Below, one piece after another: positions 47,061 through 57,974 of a stretch of 64,000 nucleotides of DNA (its first letter is position 1; each line of letters opens with the position of its first letter). The notes beneath the pieces are model-generated. The model saw only the letters and a list, made by a program, of their open reading frames with translations. It was not told the origin of the DNA and searched no databases. The stretch spans positions 32,001 through 96,000 of the forward strand of contig JBPOFY010000008.1 of the NCBI GenBank assembly GCA_051252375.1. Direction: 5' to 3'. The position numbers and the translations under genes are program-made. This DNA is from Opitutaceae bacterium (GTDB lineage Bacteria > Verrucomicrobiota > Verrucomicrobiia > Opitutales > Coraliomargaritaceae).

Positions 47061-48053
47061 GTGATCACAAAAACACTAGCACAAATCTCTACATATACTT
47101 TAGGTGTTCTCGCGATGTGTCTGCCATTGTTGGTCCAGGGACAAGATGCGACAGCCCTGTTCAAGAAGCTAGAACCTTCAATCGTCCAGATAACAACCGA
47201 CCGCGGCGTCGGCAGCGGTGTATTAATCACTAATGATGGCCTGATATTGACAAATTATCACGTCATCGAAGGCGCAAATCTAATAAATATCGAAATAAAG
47301 GTCAGCACGGGTGAGCGGGTTGAGTTTTCAGGCGCAACCCTAATGAAAATTCACAGAGCAAATGATTTGGCGTTACTAAAAGTAAAGCGAGGGAACCACA
47401 CCTTTAGGGCAGCCTCACTGGCAAGAAGCGAAACGGATGTGCAAACGGCAGCAGTTTGCTACGCACTAGGATACCCCTATTTCCACGATGGTAAAAGACC
47501 CACTCTAACGATCACAAAAGGAATTATTAGTTCTGACAATCGTGTGATTGACGGGGTTAAATTCATACAAGTTGATGCTGCGATCAACCCGGGAAATTCG
47601 GGGGGCGCCTTAGTCAACTCGAGAGGACAAGTCGTCGGAATTCCCACCGCTAAAGCGATTCACAGTGATGCCGCCGGATTAGCCATACCCACCTATAACT
47701 TAGCAATGGAACAGTTTGAGGAAAAAAACGACTACATCGAAGGATTCCCAGAATATGTTGAACCGGAAGAGCTCACACTGAAATCAGATTATCGAGTCGG
47801 TAATGGTCCGCCCATTCCAAAGATTCCACCATCTAAACACTACGATAAAACAATCACCTCTAAAGTAGAATTTGAAGATAGCGCATCGATTGAATTGATA
47901 GACCTGCCCCGCGACCTTGAGTATGACGAGCAAACACAAGTCCTCACCTGGGTAGTTTCACCCTTCGCGAAGATCAACACACGCAAAGCACTTTTCAAAG
48001 TAACTGACTCTGAGGGTAATGAAAGCGTGGAAGTCTTTACTTTGACGCGATAG
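47061..48053 (+). CDS. Trypsin-like (S1C) serine protease with C-terminal Ig-like domain, no PDZ
   Basis: TNYHV, DLALL and AAINPGNSGG catalytic triad motifs; signal peptide. Confidence 0.92.
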   Translation: MITKTLAQISTYTLGVLAMCLPLLVQGQDATALFKKLEPSIVQITTDRGVGSGVLITNDGLILTNYHVIEGANLINIEIKVSTGERVEFSGATLMKIHRANDLALLKVKRGNHTFRAASLARSETDVQTAAVCYALGYPYFHDGKRPTLTITKGIISSDNRVIDGVKFIQVDAAINPGNSGGALVNSRGQVVGIPTAKAIHSDAAGLAIPTYNLAMEQFEEKNDYIEGFPEYVEPEELTLKSDYRVGNGPPIPKIPPSKHYDKTITSKVEFEDSASIELIDLPRDLEYDEQTQVLTWVVSPFAKINTRKALFKVTDSEGNESVEVFTLTR

Positions 48054-48061
48054 TTCTCCTG

Positions 48062-50221
48062 CTACCTTGTAGCAAAGCGTATCTCCACCTCACGAGTGCC
48101 CTCCATGCCCTTGGAGTCTCTTGCGATGAGGCTAAACTTCAGTCGGTCGTCCAGCGAGCCGGTGGGTGTGCCACTTAAGACCCAACTGTCCTGTTTCGTT
48201 GAATCCAATCGTATCGTCAACCACTCGGGAGCATCGGCGGATTTTCGAATCTCGGTGATACGGTCGCCCTCGGGGTCCCAAAGGTCTTTACCGACCATCA
48301 GCTCATGCCGGTAACTCTGACCGACGACGGCCTCTGGCAGCACGGTGAAGGCCCTCGCCCAGTTCGGAGTGCCGGGTGACTCGTGGATCATGAGGTGATC
48401 GTCGAGTGCTTTCAATAAATCATAAGACCATTGTCGGAGTGTCCAGTTTCTCTGCATTTTAGAAACAGCCGACCCATCCCAGGTCATCATTCCACCCGCT
48501 TGCATAGCCTCTAGATTCCACTGCAGAAAATCGGCCTCTTCCCAGGCTTGCTTACCGCCCGACTTCCATCCGCTGGTCGACAACTTAGAATGAAAGTTAC
48601 CCACAATCTGGTCGTCCCAAGCCGGCCCACCAGCAAAGACGAAACCATTGGTCTCGGTCATACGTTGAACATGCGCGTAATTACGCTTAAACTGCCCGCC
48701 CGCTTTATCGCCATGGCTATTATTGCCGCCAAAACCATGGCCGAAGGTAAAGTCATCAAAGCGTGTCGGACTCGCGAAAGGATAGTGCGGCGATTTCACC
48801 GTGCTGCGCCCATTGTTGAAAGCGATCGCGATGTCCGGATTTCCGGCATGCACGGCTTTGGCAAAGGCCTGATAAATACGTTGTTCTTCAATCAAGCCAC
48901 CACCGGGGTTATCTCCGTTCTGATTGATGTCGGTGGCGGAATCGAAGATCCATTCATCAATTAGGTCACCGTAACGGAGCGCATAGTCCTTGAGCACCAG
49001 CTCGGCATAGCAAAACATGTATTTACGGTTGGGGAACTTTTTCGTGGCATCGACATAGCGATTCGCCTGCCGGTCCCAGACTCCAGTGTGATAAGGCTGA
49101 CTGTTGATAAACTCGATGACCGAGGGATTCGTGTCACAGAATTTTTTCCAGCGCTGTGAGACCAGTTCCCACTCATCGGTGTTAGTGCCGACGAAGTTCT
49201 CGCAATTGGCATAGGCCTTCAGGGCAAAACCAGCTGCTTTGATCGCCCGCATCTTCGCGAGAATCGGATCGTTCTCAGGTTCAGGCTTTGATAAATCCCC
49301 CCACTCAGGCACACAGAGTTTAATAGGCTCCTTTTCCGGGCCAACCTCTCCACGGCACAAGAGTTCCAGTAATCTATGTGGAGCCCAATGCGAGGCAGAA
49401 AGCACCGCACCATCACTCAGGCGAACCTGCACAACATCCATTGTCTTGAAGTCCTTAATTTTATCCAAGCCCATGCCGCCACTCCAAGTGCCCTTCGAAT
49501 GACGTGCGCGTTCCCCTGGTGCATAACCTTTCTCCAATTTGACAAATTGAATAATCTTCCGTCCACCACCTTGACCATAGACGGCCACATGATAGCGCTT
49601 ACTCAGGTCAAATCCTTCGACCCGCACACCCGAAACCGCATACTGCCCGTCGACCCGATAGCACCAGTAGCCGCCGGGTTCGATCTCGAGTGTGATTAAT
49701 GATGGCACACCCGCTTTAAAAGGAACTTTAGATGGCAAGTTCTCTAGATACTTGCTGGTATCGCCATCGCTAAAATACATCCCCTGCCCCACACCGCCAC
49801 GGCCCGAAGTAATACTTAACCCCATAGCATAGGCACCCGTCCTTTGCGCGAAAGGGTTCGAACCGCGATAATTCCGAAGATCTCCGTCGGCGCGTATTAG
49901 ACCAACCGACAAGTTATGCCCACCCGTGCCTTCAAGGCTATCTGTATAACAACGAAGTGTTAGCGTGAAACCAGTATCCGATTGGAAGCTATTCTCGGAA
50001 AACAGCAGAGCCCGATTCGACTCTCCAAAACTGGCCGATCGGTATACCCCATTGCCATCGTCCGCCCAACTGTGTGATTGGATCGAGACATTAACCGCTC
50101 CCCCGCCGACGCCAGTGTTCGCCGATAGACCGTCTCCATCAAAGTGATCCTCATAAAGGACCTCCGCCTGCAGGCAAGTCGCCAGCAGTAGGTAAACAAA
50201 AATTGGGCGCAGTCGTAACAT
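48062..50221 (-). CDS. GH107 family endo-alpha-L-fucanase (fucoidanase) with extra N-terminal domain and C-terminal Ig-like domain
   Basis: YALRYGDLIDEWIFDS, QRIYQAFAKAVHAGNP..AIAFNN, FDDFTFGH and PNWAR match motifs recalled for FcnA-type GH107 enzymes; signal peptide from ATG 50221. Confidence 0.82.
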   Translation of the reverse strand: MLRLRPIFVYLLLATCLQAEVLYEDHFDGDGLSANTGVGGGAVNVSIQSHSWADDGNGVYRSASFGESNRALLFSENSFQSDTGFTLTLRCYTDSLEGTGGHNLSVGLIRADGDLRNYRGSNPFAQRTGAYAMGLSITSGRGGVGQGMYFSDGDTSKYLENLPSKVPFKAGVPSLITLEIEPGGYWCYRVDGQYAVSGVRVEGFDLSKRYHVAVYGQGGGRKIIQFVKLEKGYAPGERARHSKGTWSGGMGLDKIKDFKTMDVVQVRLSDGAVLSASHWAPHRLLELLCRGEVGPEKEPIKLCVPEWGDLSKPEPENDPILAKMRAIKAAGFALKAYANCENFVGTNTDEWELVSQRWKKFCDTNPSVIEFINSQPYHTGVWDRQANRYVDATKKFPNRKYMFCYAELVLKDYALRYGDLIDEWIFDSATDINQNGDNPGGGLIEEQRIYQAFAKAVHAGNPDIAIAFNNGRSTVKSPHYPFASPTRFDDFTFGHGFGGNNSHGDKAGGQFKRNYAHVQRMTETNGFVFAGGPAWDDQIVGNFHSKLSTSGWKSGGKQAWEEADFLQWNLEAMQAGGMMTWDGSAVSKMQRNWTLRQWSYDLLKALDDHLMIHESPGTPNWARAFTVLPEAVVGQSYRHELMVGKDLWDPEGDRITEIRKSADAPEWLTIRLDSTKQDSWVLSGTPTGSLDDRLKFSLIARDSKGMEGTREVEIRFATR

Positions 50222-50373
50222 TGAAAATTCTATCAACAGAGGAAATAAATAAAGGAGTATTGCGTATGACAGAAAACAACCACTAGCAAAAGAAAACCGT
50301 ATCAATTATTTAGTATAATGGCACTTTTGAGCAGTGATTCTTTAATACGTCCGCACCAATTCTCGAATGTCGC

Positions 50374-51420
50374 TTACTTAAAGGTCCAACCGCTACCTGG
50401 CTTGCCCACTATGACTTCGCCATGAATTTCGGCTTCAAGCATTTCTTTGGTCGAAGCGACCTTAAACTTAGACGAGTCAGATGTGCTGGGAATCAAGCGA
50501 TTCGTCATAAGCATGTCTAGTTCGGCTAGATTATTTTTCCTCTTTGGCTCCTTGTAAACATGCTTTATAATGATGGGGTAATCCGTTTGCATTGCAGCAA
50601 AAGTAGGGACAAGGCCACACTTTGTATATACATTCAACGGTAGGTCTTGAGCATCTATTCCCCTCCTTTCGTAAGATGCATGTTTACCATCTCGCCTTAA
50701 CATATCATACCCCGGCTTCCGGATAATTTCATCCATACTGACATCCAGGGTGGGATTAAAAAGCGGATGCTTCACAGGGACACTCCAAACCTCCATTTCC
50801 CAGGATGGAGATGCATACTTGTAGTAACGGCAGACAAAGCCACCTGAATGACTCAACTTACTCTCAACCAGACAGCTTTCCATCACTTCTTTGGACTTCT
50901 CTCTATGTAAATCGAATTTACTCACACGACTAATAGACGAATCGAAGGGATCCCTCATCCCGTTATTAAAAGTGATACCGGGCTTAAGCAAAGTGCCCTC
51001 ATTTTTTAACCGTTTATATAAGAATACCCACTTTTCATCTTCACTTATATAACAGCCCTCATCCCCGTATTCATAGTAAGTGTAGGCATCCCTCCAACTT
51101 TTAGAGTCGCCCACTTTCCATACGATTTCGGTTTTGACCGCATTCTCCTCCAAGCGAATAGGAGATTCTACATTAGGAAGATGATTAAAGATGTAATCAC
51201 GATCCGCCTGAACTAATAAGTCTGGAGAGAGTGAGATCTCCCCACCTCCATCACGTTGAATAACTATTTGGGTTCCCTTGGTTGCAACAAAAGCACCTGA
51301 AATCGTTCGCCCATCGGCAACGCTAGTCCAAGTTCGACTTTCCAGCGCGTGGGAGCAGATTATGGAAACCAAGAAGGCAAACAGTAGAGAAAGTAGACAC
51401 TTTGGATTCATGAGAATCAT
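50374..51420 (-). CDS. Exported SHD1 (SLA1-homology) domain protein
   Basis: Signal peptide, then RTWTSVADGRTISGAFV...LVQADRDYI; the remainder is unrecognised. Confidence 0.75.
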   Translation of the reverse strand: MILMNPKCLLSLLFAFLVSIICSHALESRTWTSVADGRTISGAFVATKGTQIVIQRDGGGEISLSPDLLVQADRDYIFNHLPNVESPIRLEENAVKTEIVWKVGDSKSWRDAYTYYEYGDEGCYISEDEKWVFLYKRLKNEGTLLKPGITFNNGMRDPFDSSISRVSKFDLHREKSKEVMESCLVESKLSHSGGFVCRYYKYASPSWEMEVWSVPVKHPLFNPTLDVSMDEIIRKPGYDMLRRDGKHASYERRGIDAQDLPLNVYTKCGLVPTFAAMQTDYPIIIKHVYKEPKRKNNLAELDMLMTNRLIPSTSDSSKFKVASTKEMLEAEIHGEVIVGKPGSGWTFK

Positions 51421-51561
51421 ATGCTTACTTACAAAAAATAAATTTCGATACTAAACTAAGCGCAAAAATAAATCTGGCATTCAAAAACACAGACCGGAAA
51501 CACCACATAACTGCCGCTCAAAGCATGACCTCCGAGATATAGTTACGACGACCCAACTGCT

Positions 51562-51611
51562 CTACTTCCGAATTTAATAGTCCGTCTTCTCTGCAATGAG
51601 TTTCTGGATAC
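51562..51611 (-). repeat. Displaced, degenerate copy of the pheT 3' end (50-bp direct repeat)
   Basis: 46/50 identical to 53977..54026; translates IQKLIAEKTDY*IRK* versus IQKLITEKTDYQIRK*. Confidence 0.92.
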
Positions 51612-51734
51612 CTCTAGAACCTCTCCGCTAATCGCGTAATTCCCTTGCTGACTGGCTACGATCCTTCTAATTTAACGGCATGTTTCTTGATTAGCGCCCC
51701 GTTCATATTAACTCCCCTCATTCTACCCCACTCG

Positions 51735-53882
51735 ATGACGAGCATTCGCCTAAAGTTAACAGCCAACTTAGTTCTGGCAGGTGCACTGCCACTCGTAGCC
51801 GCAATCGTCACATTGTTCACCTACGGATATCGGCAACAGGTAAATAATACAGGTTCCACCTATCGCAGCGAAGCTGAACATGTGGTTATGAACCTAGAAG
51901 CGATCACTCAACGCCAGGTGGATGCCGTCCACGATCTGTTAATATTGAGCGACCTTGCGGAATCACTTCAAGCTCATATAAAAACGATGCCGAAAGCAGA
52001 TCCGATTCTGATTAGAGACATCGACAAAAATTGGGCCGATCTCGACAAAAATAGCTCTCTTTTGACAAACATTCTGTCGAATCGCATCGCCGAACGTATG
52101 CGAGACTTTCAAAGAACACATCCACTTTTTGCTGAAGTTTTCGTAACAGATATGAGCGGTCGCTTGGTGGCGGCCACGCATAAGACCAGCGACTATTATC
52201 AAGCCGATGAAAATTGGTGGCATAGAGCTTCAGATTTTAAAACTTGGGATGCCTGGATCGGGGGTTTGGATTTCGATAAAAGCGCAAAAGTGCTCTCCCT
52301 TGATGTGAGTATGCCCGTCTTCACCCATGAGGCAGACGAAGCAGGTAAACCAGTCGGGATCATGAAGGCAGTCATTGACGTCTCACCACTCTTCGCTTCC
52401 ATACCGTTTCTGCTTTCCGACCAAGGCGCCGAGCGTGAAATCATTCGAGAAGATGGCACTGTCGTATTGCGCTTGTTGGATGAGAATTTCTCTCCCGGCG
52501 GAACAGGCCTAACGCCCCGCTCCATGGAGCGATTAAAGGAAGACCCTAGTGGTTGGCACGTAGAGCAATTTCAAAACGGTGAGGGTATTGAAATGATCGG
52601 CATCGCTCCATTGCATCTCTTTGGAGTATATAGCATGGCACTTAAACATGCTAGTGAAGACCCCTACTTCGTCATCGTGCGCCACGAAGCGGATGCTCTA
52701 CTCTCCCCGCTCAGGAGGCAGATCATCTTCATCGTCGCAGCCGGAATACTTCTGACCGGATTCTCCGTTTGGCTGGGCAACTACTTCTCCAATAAGCATC
52801 TATTGGTCCCCTTAGAAACTATTCGGCGCGCGGCCCAATCAGTCGCGGCCACAACAAATCCCGAAAAGAGACGAAAAACAGAGCATCCGTTTATCAAGTA
52901 TACGGACACCTCCACTGAAGATATGGTGGCCAAAGCAACCGAAATACAGACCAACGATGAATTGGGACGATTCAGCAAAGACTTCGTCAGCATGGCCCAT
53001 CAATTGCTCAACTATCAAAACAAGTTGGAAGCAGATGTAGCGGCAAAGACCGCTGAGATCCAAAAGGACCTCTCCATGGCGCGTGATTTCCAACAAGCCT
53101 TACTACCACAGACATACCCCTTGGTTCCGTCGGAGGAAAGTGACGAAAACGCCATTACCCTCTCATTCGGCCATGCCTACCATCCTACGGCTCAGTTGAG
53201 TGGCGACTTCTATGACTTGATAAAGATTAACGATCATTGCGTCGGTATAATTGTGGCCGATGTGATGGGGCACGGAACCCGATCTGCACTCGTCACTGCA
53301 ATCTTCCGTGCGCTTCTACAGGAAGCCACCGGCTCCGCCCAAGATCCCGCCAAATTTCTTGCCGCCCTAAACAAGGCATTTTACTCCATCATCGAGGAAA
53401 CAGGGCAAGTCGTCTTTGTCACAGCAGTTTATCTTGTGATCGATACCATAACAGGCAAAGCCAGCTGTGCATCTGCTGGGCACCCCAGCCCACTACGAGC
53501 CAATCGCAGCACGGGAATCATTGAGCCCGTTTTCAGCCAAGCATACAATGGTCCGGCTCTGGGGCTCCTTCGAGAAAGCACTCACCAGGCGTTAACTTGG
53601 GATATGCTCGATGAAGATATGGTATTCCTATTTACAGATGGCATCATCGAAGCATCCGACTTGGGAGGTGATGAATACGGTGTAGAGCGCCTGACTCAAT
53701 CCATTCGCTCAAATCTCAATCATGATCTTTCAAAACAAGTTACGAAAGTCGTCGATTCAATCATGCGTTTCACGCACCCCAACCCAATACAAGATGACGT
53801 CTGCCTCATCGCGATAAAAGCCAGCTTACAGTCAACTTCTTCTAGTGAAGAAACACTGGTAGATGCAGCAAAACACCTTTGA
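51735..53882 (+). CDS. Membrane-bound Cache/HAMP SpoIIE (PP2C/RsbU-type) phosphatase
   Basis: Two TM helices around a Cache-like domain, HAMP (TNDELG), ARDFQQALLP, SGDFYD, ADVMGHG, FTDG and QDDV. Confidence 0.92.
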   Translation: MTSIRLKLTANLVLAGALPLVAAIVTLFTYGYRQQVNNTGSTYRSEAEHVVMNLEAITQRQVDAVHDLLILSDLAESLQAHIKTMPKADPILIRDIDKNWADLDKNSSLLTNILSNRIAERMRDFQRTHPLFAEVFVTDMSGRLVAATHKTSDYYQADENWWHRASDFKTWDAWIGGLDFDKSAKVLSLDVSMPVFTHEADEAGKPVGIMKAVIDVSPLFASIPFLLSDQGAEREIIREDGTVVLRLLDENFSPGGTGLTPRSMERLKEDPSGWHVEQFQNGEGIEMIGIAPLHLFGVYSMALKHASEDPYFVIVRHEADALLSPLRRQIIFIVAAGILLTGFSVWLGNYFSNKHLLVPLETIRRAAQSVAATTNPEKRRKTEHPFIKYTDTSTEDMVAKATEIQTNDELGRFSKDFVSMAHQLLNYQNKLEADVAAKTAEIQKDLSMARDFQQALLPQTYPLVPSEESDENAITLSFGHAYHPTAQLSGDFYDLIKINDHCVGIIVADVMGHGTRSALVTAIFRALLQEATGSAQDPAKFLAALNKAFYSIIEETGQVVFVTAVYLVIDTITGKASCASAGHPSPLRANRSTGIIEPVFSQAYNGPALGLLRESTHQALTWDMLDEDMVFLFTDGIIEASDLGGDEYGVERLTQSIRSNLNHDLSKQVTKVVDSIMRFTHPNPIQDDVCLIAIKASLQSTSSSEETLVDAAKHL

Positions 53883-53933
53883 ACCTAAATAACCCCGCCA
53901 TTACTGACGTGGTTAAAAAAAATTAAGGATTAA

Positions 53934-53975
53934 GGAGCGAGGAGTTTGATCTCAGACGAGCAAGCTCGCCCCTCC
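53934..53975. repeat. Imperfect REP-like palindrome immediately downstream of the pheT stop
   Basis: GGAGCGAGGAGTTT...AAGCTCGCCCCTCC; the core TCTCAGACGAGCA also occurs reversed at about 32296..32308. Confidence 0.55.
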
Positions 53976-53976
53976 A

Positions 53977-56445
<2,469 letters not shown>

Positions 56446-56462
56446 GAAGTTGGGTGAATTTT

Positions 56463-56567
56463 AACAGAATGATTTTTGACAGACGTAGTTCTGACGGAGA
56501 TGGCGTAGCAATAATTCCCACAGGAACGGTTCTAAGAAATAATTATTCTGTCACAAATTATTCTGTA
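56463..56567. repeat. ACAGAATRATT-family palindromic element (pheS-pheT junction)
   Basis: ACAGAATGATTTTTGACAGA ... AATTATTCTGTCACAAATTATTCTGTA. Confidence 0.8.
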
Positions 56568-56590
56568 GTGTCAGTTCAGTGCCAGTGCGT

Positions 56591-57631
56591 TTAGGCGAAT
56601 TGCTTGAGGAAGCGGACGTCGTTTTGGTAATAATAGCGAATGTCGTCGACGCCTTGTAGGATCATGGCGATGCGCTCGATGCCCATGCCGAAGGCATAGC
56701 CGGTGTAAACTTCGGGGTCGATGCCGACAGCCTTGAAGACCTCGGGGTCGACCATACCGCAGCCCATAATTTCGAGCCACTTGTTGCTGAGCTTACCGAG
56801 ATCGGGCGAGAAGAAGTCCATCTCGAAGCTAGGCTCGGTGAATGGGAAGAAGCTCGGGCGGAGGCGTGTTTTAGCCTTCGGTCCGAAAATCGTTTTTACG
56901 AAGTGATCGAGTGTGGCTTTGAGGTCGAGGAGCGTGACGTTCTTGTCGACGTAAAGACCTTCGATTTGGTGGAAGTTGGCACTGTGTGTCGCATCGGGTG
57001 TGTCGCGACGGAAGCAACGACCGGGAGCCACGATACGGATCGGAGGTTTCTCCTTGAGCATCGTGCGTATCTGCACGGTCGAAGTGTGCGTCCGGAGCAA
57101 GTATTTCTCGTCGGCGTGTTTGCTGACATTGTTGACCGTTAAATCATCGGGCAGATAATAAGAGTCCTGCATGTCGCGGGCCGGGTGGTCGCTAGGGATG
57201 TTTAGCGCGTCGAAGCAGTAGTGCTCGGTTTCGACCTCGGTCGCTTCGGCGACGGAGAAACCGATCCGGCGAAAGAGCTCGACCATTTCTTCACGGACTT
57301 GCGCGATCGGGTGCAGCGTGCCACGCGTGGAATCGGGCAACGGCAAGGTCGGGTCAATGGCGGGCCCAAGCTTGGCAGCCAGCTCGGCGGCTTCGAGACG
57401 TTCGATCACTTCGGCAAAGGACGCTTCGATAGCGGTCTTGGCCTCGTTGATGAGCTTGCCCATGGCGGGCTTGTCCTCCTTGGGCACTTTGCCCATGCCC
57501 TTCATGATATCAGTCAAAGAACCCTTCGGGCCTGAGATAGTGGCTTTATAAGCCTCAAATTCGGCGCGCGTTTGGATAGCGGGTGCGTTTTCCCGCACGC
57601 CTGCTACGATAGCTGTTAAGTCTTCTTGCAT
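56591..57631 (-). CDS. pheS: Phenylalanine-tRNA ligase alpha subunit
   Basis: HPARDMQD, LRTHTS, FHQIEG, RPSFFPFTEPS and AFGMGIER. Confidence 0.98.
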   Translation of the reverse strand: MQEDLTAIVAGVRENAPAIQTRAEFEAYKATISGPKGSLTDIMKGMGKVPKEDKPAMGKLINEAKTAIEASFAEVIERLEAAELAAKLGPAIDPTLPLPDSTRGTLHPIAQVREEMVELFRRIGFSVAEATEVETEHYCFDALNIPSDHPARDMQDSYYLPDDLTVNNVSKHADEKYLLRTHTSTVQIRTMLKEKPPIRIVAPGRCFRRDTPDATHSANFHQIEGLYVDKNVTLLDLKATLDHFVKTIFGPKAKTRLRPSFFPFTEPSFEMDFFSPDLGKLSNKWLEIMGCGMVDPEVFKAVGIDPEVYTGYAFGMGIERIAMILQGVDDIRYYYQNDVRFLKQFA

Positions 57632-57724
57632 GTGTATCCTATTTTCAGTGAATCGATGAGGGTTTCAGTCTGAGGCATTTTGTCGAGACGGTTTTCGCTG
57701 AATTTGCGATGAAATGCGGGTTTA

Positions 57725-57847
57725 AGCCACGGGTTGACACGGATTTTCACGGATCAGGAAGTTTAGACAGAATGATTTATGACAGAATAATTTTCCGATC
57801 AAGAGATACTACAGCGATATCGTCTTTAAATAATCATTCTGTCTAAT
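57725..57847. repeat. Cluster of a CACGGAT-type arm and an ACAGAATRATT-family palindrome in the pheS/recQ divergent gap
   Basis: CCACGGGTTGACACGGATTTTCACGGAT, then TAGACAGAATGATTTATGACAGAATAATT ... AATCATTCTGTCTA. Confidence 0.75.
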
Positions 57848-57974
57848 TTAAGTGGTTTAGCCAAACAGCTTGCATTGGTTGACGCTGATAAAATGAAGAG
57901 GGATTAAGATTAAGAAGGCAGCTATGCTACGCTTTTACTTGGCAAACATGTGAACATTTGCACATTTACCCTAT

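Noticed and set aside
57632..57974. T-box or PheM-type attenuator upstream of pheS
   Set aside because: No T-box consensus or Phe-rich leader peptide was seen; the gap is filled by repeat elements.
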